DNA of 62,414 nucleotides from assembly GCA_031416315.1 (NCBI GenBank), contig JANOTL010000048.1, positions 1 to 62,414 of the forward strand, written 5' to 3'. Below, piece after piece: positions 39,459-48,808 of this stretch (positions are counted from its first letter, which is position 1; the number at the start of each line of letters is the position of its first letter). This DNA comes from Pseudomonadota bacterium (GTDB lineage Bacteria > Bdellovibrionota_B > Oligoflexia > Oligoflexales > CAIYRB01). The notes under the pieces are model-generated. The model worked only from the letters and a program-made list of their open reading frames with translations, had not been told where the DNA came from and ran no database searches. Both the position numbers and the translations under genes were made by a program.

Positions 39459-40135
39459 GCCTGCGCCTCCTCGAACGGCGAAAGCCCGAGCTCGCGCCGC
39501 CCCTCGCGCTCGGCGGCGGCCATGCCGAGGCGCACGGCCGCCTTCATCTCCCCGAAGGCCAAGCCGTGCGTCTCGGGCGGAACGACGACGGGCGCGGCGT
39601 AACAGAGGCGCACGCGCGCGAAGGGCTTCGGAATCTTGAATTGGTCCCAGCTCTTGCGCATCACCCATTGGCGGTCGGCGATCGCGACGTGCGGCAGGAC
39701 GGCGACGCCGCTGCGGCTCGCGACGTCGACGACGCCGCCTTTGACGCGCCGGCGCGGGCCGCGCGGGCCGTCGACGGTGATCGCGGTGAAATAGCCCTTC
39801 TCGACCACCTCGACGAGCTCGTCGCGCGCCTCGGGGCCACGGCGGGAGCTGGATCCGCGCACCGTCTGAAAGCCGAGCCGGTCCATCACGAAGGTCACCA
39901 GCTCGCCGTCCTTCGACAAGCTGGCGAGCGGCGCGAACGGCTGGAACGCGTGGCCGAGGATCGACGCGAAGAGGTGCTCGTGCCACAGCGCGAGGCAAAA
40001 GCTGCGGTGAGCGTGCAAGCGCTCCGCCTCGGCGCGATGCGCGGCGCCGACGACTTCGATGCGCCACGTCGCGCGCAGAAGACGAGCGATAGCGTAGACG
40101 AGCCATCCCGCAAGCTGGAGTTTCCAAGGTTTCAC
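39455..40135 (-). CDS. DUF374 lysophospholipid acyltransferase family (LpxJ-like)
   Basis: ALWH, ASLSKDGE, VRGSSSRRG, ITVDGPRGP, SWDQF.IPKPF. Confidence 0.9.
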   Translation of the reverse strand: MKPWKLQLAGWLVYAIARLLRATWRIEVVGAAHRAEAERLHAHRSFCLALWHEHLFASILGHAFQPFAPLASLSKDGELVTFVMDRLGFQTVRGSSSRRGPEARDELVEVVEKGYFTAITVDGPRGPRRRVKGGVVDVASRSGVAVLPHVAIADRQWVMRKSWDQFKIPKPFARVRLCYAAPVVVPPETHGLAFGEMKAAVRLGMAAAEREGRRELGLSPFEEAQA

Positions 40136-40178
40136 GGCGCTAAGCTAGACCTTCGCCCCCAAAATTCATACCACCTTC

Positions 40179-40293
40179 CCTGCGCTCCTGCGCTCCTGCG
40201 CTCCTGCGCTCCTGCGCTCCTGCGCTCCTCCGCGATCTGCAAGGAAGCAGGCCGGCCGCCATGCAGATCGCGGAGGAGCGCAGGAGCGCAGGG
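40179..40293. repeat. (CCTGCGCT)6 microsatellite forming the left arm of a 31-bp perfect inverted repeat
   Basis: Six tandem 8-mers at 40179-40226; arm 40211-40241 is the exact reverse complement of 40262-40292; 20-nt loop. Confidence 0.92.
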
Positions 40294-40311
40294 TGAGGAA
40301 AGCGGACGGCA

Positions 40312-41442
40312 TCAGTCGACGCCGCCGGGAACCAAAGGCTCCGCGTCCCCTTCGATGCCCGGTACGGCCGGCGGCGTCGGCTCAGGCGCCGCCAAAGGCG
40401 GTGAGGCGGCCTCGACCGGCGCGGGAGTCGGCGGCGGGACGTCGACCGAAGGGTCCGTCGCCACCGGCGTCTCCGTCGCAGGGGCCGGGCCCGGTGTCGC
40501 CCCCGGCGTCACGGCTTCCAGCGGAGCCCCCGGCGCCGGCGTCACCACCACGTCAGGCGGCGCCCCCGGCGGCCCACGACCCGGCGGCGGGAATACCAGC
40601 TCCTCGTCTTCCGGCACCTCGTCCTCGGGACACCCCGGGCTCCCGGGACAGAGCGGCTTTTTCCCCGCATTCGCGGCCAGCATCTTCGCTGCGCCGCTCA
40701 AGGGACGCCCGAAATCACCGCGTGAGACCGCGGTCTCCCATTGAATCGCCGTGATGTGCCCGCTCGTGCGCATGTTGTTCAGGATCGCCGCGAAGCGCTG
40801 GTGGCCGAACTTGGTCAGCGTGCGGTTGCGCAGACCGCGCGACCAGGCGTTCGGGCTCGGCAGAACCAGCGCTAGATGCACCGCCTGCTCGATCGTCAAG
40901 AGCTCGGGCTTCGTGTGGAAGTAGTGGCGCGATCCCGCCTCGATCCCGTACACGCCGTCGCCGAACTCGGCCAGGTTCATGTACCACTCGAGGATCTCGT
41001 CCTTCGACAGGAGGAGCTCCATCAAGAGCGTTCCCGCCGCCTCGCGGGCCTTCCGCACGAGCGACTTCTCGCGTCCGAGAAACGCCATCTTCACGACCTG
41101 TTGCGAGATCGTCGAGCCGCCGCGGGCATAGCGCTTGTGCTTCCAGTTGTAGCGCGCGCTCTCGATGATCGATTCCCAGTCGATCCCGCCGTGCTGATAG
41201 AACTTGCCGTCCTCGGAGGCGATGAACGCGTGCAGGACGTGACGGCTGACGCGTTTTGTCGAGATCCAGCCCTTGAGCCCCTGTCCGATGGTCGCCTCGA
41301 TCTTCCCGGTCTTCTTCTGCCAGCGGGTCACCGTCACCGGACCCTCCGGCAGGCGCCAGACGGCCGGCGTGAACCACCACGCCAAGATTGCCAGCGCTGC
41401 CGAGACCCCGAGCAGGATTCGCCGTTTACGCATCTGGAGCAT
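40312..41442 (-). CDS. mtgA: monofunctional biosynthetic peptidoglycan transglycosylase with Pro-rich tail
   Basis: N-terminal TM; ASEDGKFYQHGGID, RGGSTISQQVVK, RKARE, SKDEILEWYMNLAEFG.GVYGIEA...YF, LPSP. Confidence 0.9.
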   Translation of the reverse strand: MLQMRKRRILLGVSAALAILAWWFTPAVWRLPEGPVTVTRWQKKTGKIEATIGQGLKGWISTKRVSRHVLHAFIASEDGKFYQHGGIDWESIIESARYNWKHKRYARGGSTISQQVVKMAFLGREKSLVRKAREAAGTLLMELLLSKDEILEWYMNLAEFGDGVYGIEAGSRHYFHTKPELLTIEQAVHLALVLPSPNAWSRGLRNRTLTKFGHQRFAAILNNMRTSGHITAIQWETAVSRGDFGRPLSGAAKMLAANAGKKPLCPGSPGCPEDEVPEDEELVFPPPGRGPPGAPPDVVVTPAPGAPLEAVTPGATPGPAPATETPVATDPSVDVPPPTPAPVEAASPPLAAPEPTPPAVPGIEGDAEPLVPGGVD

Positions 41443-41507
41443 CACCCTTCCGAGGTTCCTCCGGATTATGTTAGAGCCAAGGGACGATGCCAAGCGAGGA
41501 CCCGACG

Positions 41508-42533
41508 ATGAGTGACGCCGTAAGCCCCAAAGACTTCCAGAAAGCCGTCCTCGATCTCCAGACGACCGAGCCCGGGCCCGGCTTGACCAAGATGCTAATC
41601 ATGGCGGCGCTGACGCTCCCGAGCGCGGCGATGGCCCTGCGTTCCGAGCTCCTGTCCCCGGCCTACTGCCTCTGGGCGCTTTTCGCCGGCGCTGCGTTTG
41701 CCTCCTGGCTCATCACCACGCACGACGCGATCCACCACACGCTCACCGGTTGGCGCTGGTTCGACGAGGTGGTGCCGCGCCTCATCTCGCACCCGGTGTT
41801 CTGGGTGCACGGCATCTACGCTGAGGTCCACAAGCTCCACCACAAGATGAACGGCGACGACTTCGCCGATCCGGAGCGCGTGCAATGGACCGTCGAGGAG
41901 TACGAGGGCGCCTCGGCCCTCGGCAAATTCTACGTACGCCACCAGTGGTTCTTAGACATCTTCGTCCTCGGGGGCATCGGCCTAATCTGGAAGACCGTCC
42001 GCCAGGGCTTGCGCTTCTACGGCAAATCCAAGGGCGTCCGTCGCCAGATGTGGCTCGACTTCGGCTCGATCCTTGCGCTCAATGCCGCGATCTACGCCTA
42101 CGCCTTCTCGCAGGGCGTGGCGTTGAAGTACTGGTGCCTCTGGGTCGTGATGGAGCGCATCGGCGGCGGCGTCCTGCAATGGCGCGCGCACGTCGAGCAC
42201 TACGGCCTTTGGGGCAAGGGTCGCCACTATTTCGAGACGCAGGCCTATAACTGCAGGAATCTGCGCACGAGCTCCTTCGGCAGCTGGTTCTTCAACCGCT
42301 TGAACTATCACTCCGTGCACCACGCATTTCCTCGCGTGCCTTTCTACAAGCTTCGCGCGGCGCACGAGCGCTTTCTGGCGCTCTACGCCGAGAGCCCGGG
42401 CGAGAAGCTGGTGGAAGACGAGTCTTACGTGCGTACGGCCGTGCGCCTAGCACGCACGCCGTCGGTCATCGGTTCGGTCGATCCGGCCTCGCCGAGCGGG
42501 CGGCGGCGGATGGTCCCCGTCGCCGCGCTCTGA
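41508..42533 (+). CDS. membrane fatty acid desaturase family protein
   Basis: His boxes HDAIHH, HKLHH, YHSVHH.FP.VPFYKL, plus EH; TM segments. Confidence 0.9.
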   Translation: MSDAVSPKDFQKAVLDLQTTEPGPGLTKMLIMAALTLPSAAMALRSELLSPAYCLWALFAGAAFASWLITTHDAIHHTLTGWRWFDEVVPRLISHPVFWVHGIYAEVHKLHHKMNGDDFADPERVQWTVEEYEGASALGKFYVRHQWFLDIFVLGGIGLIWKTVRQGLRFYGKSKGVRRQMWLDFGSILALNAAIYAYAFSQGVALKYWCLWVVMERIGGGVLQWRAHVEHYGLWGKGRHYFETQAYNCRNLRTSSFGSWFFNRLNYHSVHHAFPRVPFYKLRAAHERFLALYAESPGEKLVEDESYVRTAVRLARTPSVIGSVDPASPSGRRRMVPVAAL

Positions 42534-42539
42534 GATGCT

Positions 42540-44513
42540 TCAGAGGTTCAGAAAGAGCGTGTTCAGGAGGCCGCTCGCCGCGACGGCGTCGATCCTGGAC
42601 GACGCCGGATCCATCGCCGTCGTGAAGAGCTTTGCCGCGAACGAGTCGAACTGCTGATCTTTGCGGTAGTCGTCCGGCGCGGCTTTGACCTTCTCGTAAG
42701 GCGGGAAGGCCTCCATCGCCGCTTCGAGCGTCAGCTCGAGCAGGATCTGCTTGCCTTTGCGCTGGCGTCCGATCAGGCTCGAAAGCCAGTCGCGATACTG
42801 TTTCGCGAGGGGATTGCCGCTCACGCCGGGACCGACGAGGACGCCGTTCTGCGTGTCGAGGATCTTCGAGCGCGGGTCGGCGTTCGTCGAGCCGACGATC
42901 ATGTAGTCGCCGATGAGGCCGATCTTCGTGTGGAGCGTCTCATTGGTTTGGTACAGGTAGATGTTGAGCGGCACCTCGGGGAGGTTTTTCTCCGCCTTGA
43001 TCTTGTGCGCGATCGTCAGCATCGCGGCGTATTGCGCGTTGGCGACGACGTTGACTTCCTTGTGGTTGGACGAGATGTCGGAGTTGGTGAAGATGCGGAG
43101 CTTGGCGCCGTTCTGCATCGCCTTCACGACGGCGAGCTGCTGGGTCGGCGTCAGGAGCACGTAAGCGTTGTGGATCACGATGTCGTCGCCGGTCTTCGCG
43201 TTCTCGATCAGCGCGTCCCAGATCGCGTTGTATTGGCTGGGTTCTTCGCCGAAGGCGAGTTTCTCGGTGCCCTTGCGCACGGGGTGCATGCGGTTCTCGA
43301 GGTAGGCGAGCTTCACGCCGTCCGCCTTGATGCGGCCCTGATGGAGGACGCGCTCGGGGTCCACCGCGTAGCTCTTCGACTCGGTTTCGTGGTGCTTCGC
43401 CATCGCCCGGAGCTTGGCCCGCAGGTCGTCGTATTTCTGCCCGTCCGCCGGCTTCTCGCGCTCCATCGCGATCTTGGCCGCGCACTTCGTCACCGCGTCG
43501 CCGCAGGACCAGTAGTCGTCGAAGCTCTTCGCCGCCGCGGCCGCGATCCCCGTCGACTCGGTGATGAAGTCGGCGTCCATGAAGCTCAGGTGGTCGTCGC
43601 TCGCGAGCTTCGGCCCGTAGTCGGATTCGACGTGGTAATGGTCCTCGACGTTGCGCCCGCCGCCCATCACCACCTTGTCGTCGACGAGGAGGAGCTTGTG
43701 GTGGAAGCGCTTGATGATGTTCACCCAGGCCTTCGTCCGGAACGTGAAGCCGGCGGTGCTCGCGCCCTTGAAGAGGGAGTCGGTGAAACCGTCGAAGGAG
43801 AGCTCGGCCGGAAATTGGCCCGAGATCGCGGCGTCGCGCAGGATTCCGAGCATGTCCGGCTTCGCGCCGTTGGTCGGCATCATCGTGGCGAGGAAGAGCT
43901 TCATCGCCGGGTTGTCTTTGAGGAGCGTGTTGGACGCGAGCACTCCCTGTAGCTTCGTCGCATCGAGCCCGGCCATGGCCGACTTGAGGAGCGTGGGGTC
44001 CTTGAAGCCCCAGCTGTCGAGGTCGGCCCAGACCTCCTCCGCGATCGGACGGAAGTACTGCACTTGGATCGGCTTGCCGCCGGCCGGCACGGCCAAGGCG
44101 CTCTGCGCCATGACCATGCGCCACCACTCGCGGCTCTTCATCGAGGTCATGCCGTCGACGATCACCTTGACGTCGACGCCCTCTGCCGCCTTCGCCAGGA
44201 GGCGCTCGACGAAGACCGAGGTCGACTCGTCGAAGCCGAAGATGAAATAGGCGACGCGGATCGACTTCGTCGCCGAGTCGATGACGCGCAGCTTCTCCTC
44301 GAAGGCCGTCTTGTTGCCCATGTCCACGAGGATCGACTGCGCCGGGACCCAATCGATCGCCAAGCCGGCGCCCGGATCGTTCGCCGGCGCGGCCGAGGTC
44401 GAGTCCAAGGCGTCGGCCTTCAGACCCGCGCTCGGCTGGCCGGAGTTCGCGGTTTTGCAGCCGGAGACGGCGAGGAGCAACGCCGCGGCGGCAATGACAA
44501 CGTGACGACGCAT
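42540..44513 (-). CDS. phospholipase D family lipoprotein (two HKD motifs)
   Basis: Lipobox VSGC; RFHHKLLLVD...GGRN and LHTKIGLIGD..IVGSTN.DPRS...DTQNG. Confidence 0.88.
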   Translation of the reverse strand: MRRHVVIAAAALLLAVSGCKTANSGQPSAGLKADALDSTSAAPANDPGAGLAIDWVPAQSILVDMGNKTAFEEKLRVIDSATKSIRVAYFIFGFDESTSVFVERLLAKAAEGVDVKVIVDGMTSMKSREWWRMVMAQSALAVPAGGKPIQVQYFRPIAEEVWADLDSWGFKDPTLLKSAMAGLDATKLQGVLASNTLLKDNPAMKLFLATMMPTNGAKPDMLGILRDAAISGQFPAELSFDGFTDSLFKGASTAGFTFRTKAWVNIIKRFHHKLLLVDDKVVMGGGRNVEDHYHVESDYGPKLASDDHLSFMDADFITESTGIAAAAAKSFDDYWSCGDAVTKCAAKIAMEREKPADGQKYDDLRAKLRAMAKHHETESKSYAVDPERVLHQGRIKADGVKLAYLENRMHPVRKGTEKLAFGEEPSQYNAIWDALIENAKTGDDIVIHNAYVLLTPTQQLAVVKAMQNGAKLRIFTNSDISSNHKEVNVVANAQYAAMLTIAHKIKAEKNLPEVPLNIYLYQTNETLHTKIGLIGDYMIVGSTNADPRSKILDTQNGVLVGPGVSGNPLAKQYRDWLSSLIGRQRKGKQILLELTLEAAMEAFPPYEKVKAAPDDYRKDQQFDSFAAKLFTTAMDPASSRIDAVAASGLLNTLFLNL

Positions 44514-44658
44514 GGAAACCCCATAGCGGAGGTCGCGGTTTTCGATAGACGAGCGAAGCTGGAAATGCTGCCGCAATGCTACCATATGGAACGAATCTCC
44601 ATTCCACCTTTTTTAGCTCATGGAGCGATCTCGCGTCCGACGGCAGGGAGCTCACGGC

Positions 44659-44690
44659 AAAAAAATCGAGCCCTTCAAAGGGCCCGATTT
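44659..44690 (-). terminator. Rho-independent terminator after the M4 peptidase gene
   Basis: Minus strand AAATCGGGCCCT-TTGA-AGGGCTCGATTT running into T7. Confidence 0.75.
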
Positions 44691-44736
44691 CGCCATTTTG
44701 GAATGATTTTCGGACGGATCGCTGGCGAGCCGGAGC

Positions 44737-45768
44737 TTAGAGGCCGACGACCTGGAAGGCCTCGGTCGCCGCAGCGCAGTCGCTCGCGGTGAGCGTCGCC
44801 GCGCACTCGGCCAAGATCGCGTCGCGGTAGTCCGCGAAATTCGAGGTCGTGGTCAAGCGCTCGGTCATGACGGTGTAGAAGAGATTCGCCGCGCGCTCCC
44901 AACCGATCTCCTGGATGATCAAGGCGGCGGCGCGATTCGGGATGCCGCTGAGGATGTGCACGCCGCAGTTGTCGTTGTCGCTGGCCGCGACGCAGCCGAC
45001 GGCGAACTCGGCGAACTCGGCGGACTCGCCATCGACCTCGGTCATCGAAGCCGGCTGCTTCGACAGGCCGCGCTCCGGATTCAGCATGTCGCGCAGCGCC
45101 TCGGCACGCTCGGCGAACTCGCCGCGGAGCACCGTCTCGCCGATGAGGAAGGGGCGGGACTCGGGGTCTCTCGCGTGCTGGATGATCTCGCCGAAGACGT
45201 CGGCCAAGTGCTCGTTCAAGGCGCCGGACTGGCCGACGTACTCGAGGTTGGAGCTCGAGCTGATCACGGCGTGCGTGAACTCGTGGGCGACGACGTCGAG
45301 CGCGCCCGGAAAGCCGTCTAAGCCGTCGCCACCGGCGCCGAACACGAAGTGCCCGAAGGGCGACATCCACGCCGCGTTCTGTTTCAGGCCGAGGACGGGG
45401 ACCAAGTGATAGCGCTGGACTTCGACGACGGCACGGATGCGCGAGCCGAGGCCGTCGTAGCTCGCGCGGCCGAAAGCCGTCGCGTAGAAATCCCGCGTGA
45501 AGGCGATCGAGTCGGCAGCGTCGCGCGCATCCTGCGTGATGAGCGCCGGCGCTAGGGCCGAGGCCAGGGTCGACCCGCCGTTGACGAGGACTTTGATGCC
45601 GCGGTTGAGGGGGTTCGGAATCGTTAGGACCGTGGAGCCATTGTAAATCTCGACGCGTGAGTCCGTGACGGCCTCGAGCTCGGAGGGGTCTTGGGACGCG
45701 GCGGCCTGCTGTTTTTGACCACAGCCGACCATGGCGGCGGCGATGCACGCGAGGGCAATGAGACGCAC
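44737..45768 (-). CDS. M4 (thermolysin) family metallopeptidase lipoprotein
   Basis: Lipobox MVGC; FGR.SYDG.G, NAAW, LDVVAHEFTHAV, GQSGALNE..ADVFG, LRDM.NP, DNCGVHILSGIPN. Confidence 0.92.
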   Translation of the reverse strand: MRLIALACIAAAMVGCGQKQQAAASQDPSELEAVTDSRVEIYNGSTVLTIPNPLNRGIKVLVNGGSTLASALAPALITQDARDAADSIAFTRDFYATAFGRASYDGLGSRIRAVVEVQRYHLVPVLGLKQNAAWMSPFGHFVFGAGGDGLDGFPGALDVVAHEFTHAVISSSSNLEYVGQSGALNEHLADVFGEIIQHARDPESRPFLIGETVLRGEFAERAEALRDMLNPERGLSKQPASMTEVDGESAEFAEFAVGCVAASDNDNCGVHILSGIPNRAAALIIQEIGWERAANLFYTVMTERLTTTSNFADYRDAILAECAATLTASDCAAATEAFQVVGL

Positions 45769-46110
45769 GATGTTCTCCAGGGTGCTATTGGTTTCCGCGG
45801 ATGCGGCTTTGAAGAAGCGACCCGGTTTTATTATAAAATATTAATGTTATCAACTCATTTGCTCATCTTTATGACGACAAGCAAAAACCCAATCGAGTCA
45901 ATAGATTGACCGGCCAGTTTTTATGATGCCGGGTCAGGACTCGCGTTTCAACGCACTCGCGGAAGCATCTCAAGTTTATTTTGTCTTTACGCACGCGTTG
46001 TATGGTGAGGGAGCGTAGACCCCTTGTCTACCAAGCCTTCCAAGCCTTCCCGGCCTCCCGCCCCCCCCTGAGTGCCCTCCTTCCCCGTTCCGAGGCCCCC
46101 CCCCCCCCCC

Positions 46111-46560
46111 GTGCAGCTCTCCCTCCACGCCGATTATTCCTGTCGTGTCTTGATGTTCCTGGCACTGCGCCCTGAAAAGGCGTCGATCGCCGAGATCAGC
46201 CGCGCCTTCGGCGTCTCCCAGAACCATCTGACCAAGGTCGTGCACCACCTGGGCAAGCTCGGCTTCATCGTGACCATGCGCGGCCGGGGCGGCGGCATCC
46301 GCCTCGCGCGGGCTCCGGCAACCATCGTCATGGGGGACGTCACCCGCAAGACCGAGCCCTCGTGGACCGTGGTCGAGTGCTTCGACAAGGAGCGGAACAC
46401 TTGCCCGATCGCCAACGCCGGCTGCGGCCTCAAGGGAGCGGTCGCCGCCGCGACCGCGCAATTCCTCGCCACGCTTGACGGCTATACGCTCGAGGACGTG
46501 CTCGTGCAGCCACGGAAGCTTCGCTCGGTCCTCAAGCTACCAGATTCTGAGGCCCGATAA
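46111..46560 (+). CDS. nsrR: Rrf2 family transcriptional regulator, NsrR-like
   Basis: GTG start; QLSLHADYS.RVLMFLA, SQNHLTKVVH.L...G...T.RGRGGGIRLAR, three Cys (VECF....C......C.LK). Confidence 0.78.
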   Translation: MQLSLHADYSCRVLMFLALRPEKASIAEISRAFGVSQNHLTKVVHHLGKLGFIVTMRGRGGGIRLARAPATIVMGDVTRKTEPSWTVVECFDKERNTCPIANAGCGLKGAVAAATAQFLATLDGYTLEDVLVQPRKLRSVLKLPDSEAR

Positions 46561-46564
46561 GAGC

Positions 46565-47971
46565 TCAGGACGCGCGCGCGACGGTCTGCGGCAGATTCCG
46601 CTCCAAGAGGATGAGCGACTTATCGTCCTGGGACGGAAGGTCGGTAAGGCAGCCGGCGCCGAGGCGCTGCATGCCCTCGTAAAGTGACTCGAGGTCTTTC
46701 GCCTGGGTCAGCGTGCCCTTCTCGAGCACGCCGTCGGAAGCGAGGACGATGCGGATCGGCAAGGTCGGCGCGACGTCGATGTACTGCGGCGCCAGCGCTA
46801 AGACCGAGCCGACGCCAAGGATGTTGCCCTTGCCCATCAGGGTCTTCAGTTGCGCCGATTTCACGTGACCCAGCAGCAGAAAGAGGGGCAGGTGTCCCGC
46901 GCTCCAGTAGGTGATGCGATTCCCTTTGATCACCGCCACGCCCGCCGTCGCCGAGTGCGCTTGCTTCTCGCCGAGCCGCGAGAGCGCTTGGTTCACGAGC
47001 AGAAGCCACTTTTTCGCGTCGAAGCTGTCGTCGTCCATCGTCGTCGCCCACAGGGACTGGATCGCATGCACGACGAGCGCGGCCTGCATCCCTTTGCCCG
47101 TCGCGTCGACGCAGACCATGACGAGGCTATGGTCCGGGAAGCGGCGCACCGTCATCCAGTCGCCCGCGATCTTCTCGTACTTCATTTGCATGCAGTAAAT
47201 CTGCGAGCCTTCCGGCATGACGCTGTGCGCGGGGGGCGCCATCGAGTCCTGAATCTCCCGCGCCAACTCCAGGTCGCGCTGGAAGCGCATGCTCGCCGCG
47301 CGGATCTCCGCCTGGCGTGACCGGTACTCTAGGATGGCCTCGCGGCGCGTGCGCATCGACTGCATCCGCCACACGGCCGTCGAGAAGCCGAGCCCAACGC
47401 CGTAGAGAATGAGCCAGCGCCATCGCGACGGGCTCGGCGGATACAGCGCGAAGGTGATCGCCCAGAACGAGGCGGCCGTGAGCGGCGTCAGGTAATTGTT
47501 GAACGGGCTCAGGATCAAAAGGATCGAGGCCAAGGTCATCAGGCCGTTCGTCGCGAGCGCGAACTGCATCGGCGCGGCCGCGCCGACGGAGACGGCGACG
47601 ACCTGCGAGAAGGCGGCGATCAGGAGGAGGTTGCCGCCGACGATCACATGATGTGCCTTTAGAAAGGGCAGCACCTTGCGCATCCCGAGCACCCAGAAGA
47701 GATCCAGCAAGAGGCAGAAGCTCGCGGTGCCGAGGAGGACCGGCTTGTGCTCGGGCAAAGCGATCGCCGGCACGATGACGAAGAGCGTCGCGTTGAAGGC
47801 GATCCCGAGACGAATGGTGTTCTCGGCGGTCTCGACGTCTTTGAGACGCATCGCTTCGGCCGCATGGCCCAGCTCGTCGGCCCCAAAAGAGTCGCCGTCC
47901 GCGGCGCCGCTGGCTTTATGGGCCAGTTGGGTCCGGATGCGGGTGATCTTCTTTCTTAAAGCGGCCAACAT
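46565..47971 (-). CDS. membrane-bound SpoIIE/PP2C family protein phosphatase
   Basis: About 6 TM helices; RDLELAREIQ, AGDW, VDATGKGM.AAL, SAGH.P, ASDGV.E, DDKS. Confidence 0.88.
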   Translation of the reverse strand: MLAALRKKITRIRTQLAHKASGAADGDSFGADELGHAAEAMRLKDVETAENTIRLGIAFNATLFVIVPAIALPEHKPVLLGTASFCLLLDLFWVLGMRKVLPFLKAHHVIVGGNLLLIAAFSQVVAVSVGAAAPMQFALATNGLMTLASILLILSPFNNYLTPLTAASFWAITFALYPPSPSRWRWLILYGVGLGFSTAVWRMQSMRTRREAILEYRSRQAEIRAASMRFQRDLELAREIQDSMAPPAHSVMPEGSQIYCMQMKYEKIAGDWMTVRRFPDHSLVMVCVDATGKGMQAALVVHAIQSLWATTMDDDSFDAKKWLLLVNQALSRLGEKQAHSATAGVAVIKGNRITYWSAGHLPLFLLLGHVKSAQLKTLMGKGNILGVGSVLALAPQYIDVAPTLPIRIVLASDGVLEKGTLTQAKDLESLYEGMQRLGAGCLTDLPSQDDKSLILLERNLPQTVARAS

Positions 47972-48007
47972 GCCTTGTGCATCGGTCAGGTGCCGGTGAA
48001 GCTGAGC

Positions 48008-48781
48008 TCACGGAGGGCTTTCCCCCTGAAAACATTGAGATTTCACTCGACTTCCGGGCGGCAACGACGCCGTGATCCAAACGTTGCCGCCGATGACCGA
48101 CCCTTTGCCGATCACGGTATCTCCGCCGAGGATCGTGGCATTGGCGTAGACGAGGCAATCGTCTTCGAGCGTCGGGTGGCGCTTCTTGTGCCGGAGGCTC
48201 TTGTCGACGCTCATCGCGCCAATCGTGACGCCTTGGAAGATCTTTACGCGGTCGCCCAGTTGTGCGGTCTCGCCGATGACGACCCCGGTCCCGTGATCGA
48301 GGAAGAAGGGGCAACCGATCTTGGCGCCTGGATGGATGTCTATGCCGGTGCGTTCGTGCACCCACTCCGTCAGCATGCGCGCGAATACCGGCGCGCCTAG
48401 CGCGTGCAACTCGTGCGCCAGGCGGTACACGGCGGTCGCGTGGAAGCCCGGGTAGCAGAGGACGACCTCGTCGAGATCGACGGAGGCCGGATCCTCCTCG
48501 TGCAGATAGCGGGCGTCCCGCTCGAGCATGGTCTCGACCTCAGGAACGCGCTCGAAGAAAGCTCGAGCCGTGGCCTCGGACGCGAGCATCCCCGCGAGCT
48601 GGTCCGTCAGATCCTCCAGCGCGGCCTCGAGCTCCGCCGCCGATCCGCACTCCGTGTTGGCGCGCTGCGGAAAGAGCAACGCCAATAGACCCTCGCCGAA
48701 CGCGCGGACGCGCTTCGGGCTAGGATGCCGACGCGGTGCGCGGTGCTTGCGTTGGAAGAGTGCTTTTGCGTATTCAGTCAT
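48008..48781 (-). CDS. cysE: serine O-acetyltransferase (EpsC/CysE)
   Basis: DPAS....EV.LCYPGF, YRLAH, TGIDIHPGAKIG..FFLDHGTGVVIGET, KRHPT.ED, YANATILGG. Confidence 0.95.
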   Translation of the reverse strand: MTEYAKALFQRKHRAPRRHPSPKRVRAFGEGLLALLFPQRANTECGSAAELEAALEDLTDQLAGMLASEATARAFFERVPEVETMLERDARYLHEEDPASVDLDEVVLCYPGFHATAVYRLAHELHALGAPVFARMLTEWVHERTGIDIHPGAKIGCPFFLDHGTGVVIGETAQLGDRVKIFQGVTIGAMSVDKSLRHKKRHPTLEDDCLVYANATILGGDTVIGKGSVIGGNVWITASLPPGSRVKSQCFQGESPP

Positions 48782-48808
48782 GACTGGCCGTCAATGAGGA
48801 GCGCATCC

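Noticed and set aside
38070..40127. Extended N-termini in the ORF track (NFACT 685 aa, aroC 462 aa, M48 641 aa, degP 543 aa, cysK 371 aa)
   Set aside because: Extensions overlap neighbouring genes or intergenic repeats; downstream starts with RBS or stop-start coupling fit better.
45897..45910. FNR box (GTCAATAGATTGAC)
   Set aside because: The palindrome is real, but the half-sites are reversed relative to TTGAT-N4-ATCAA; regulator unassignable.
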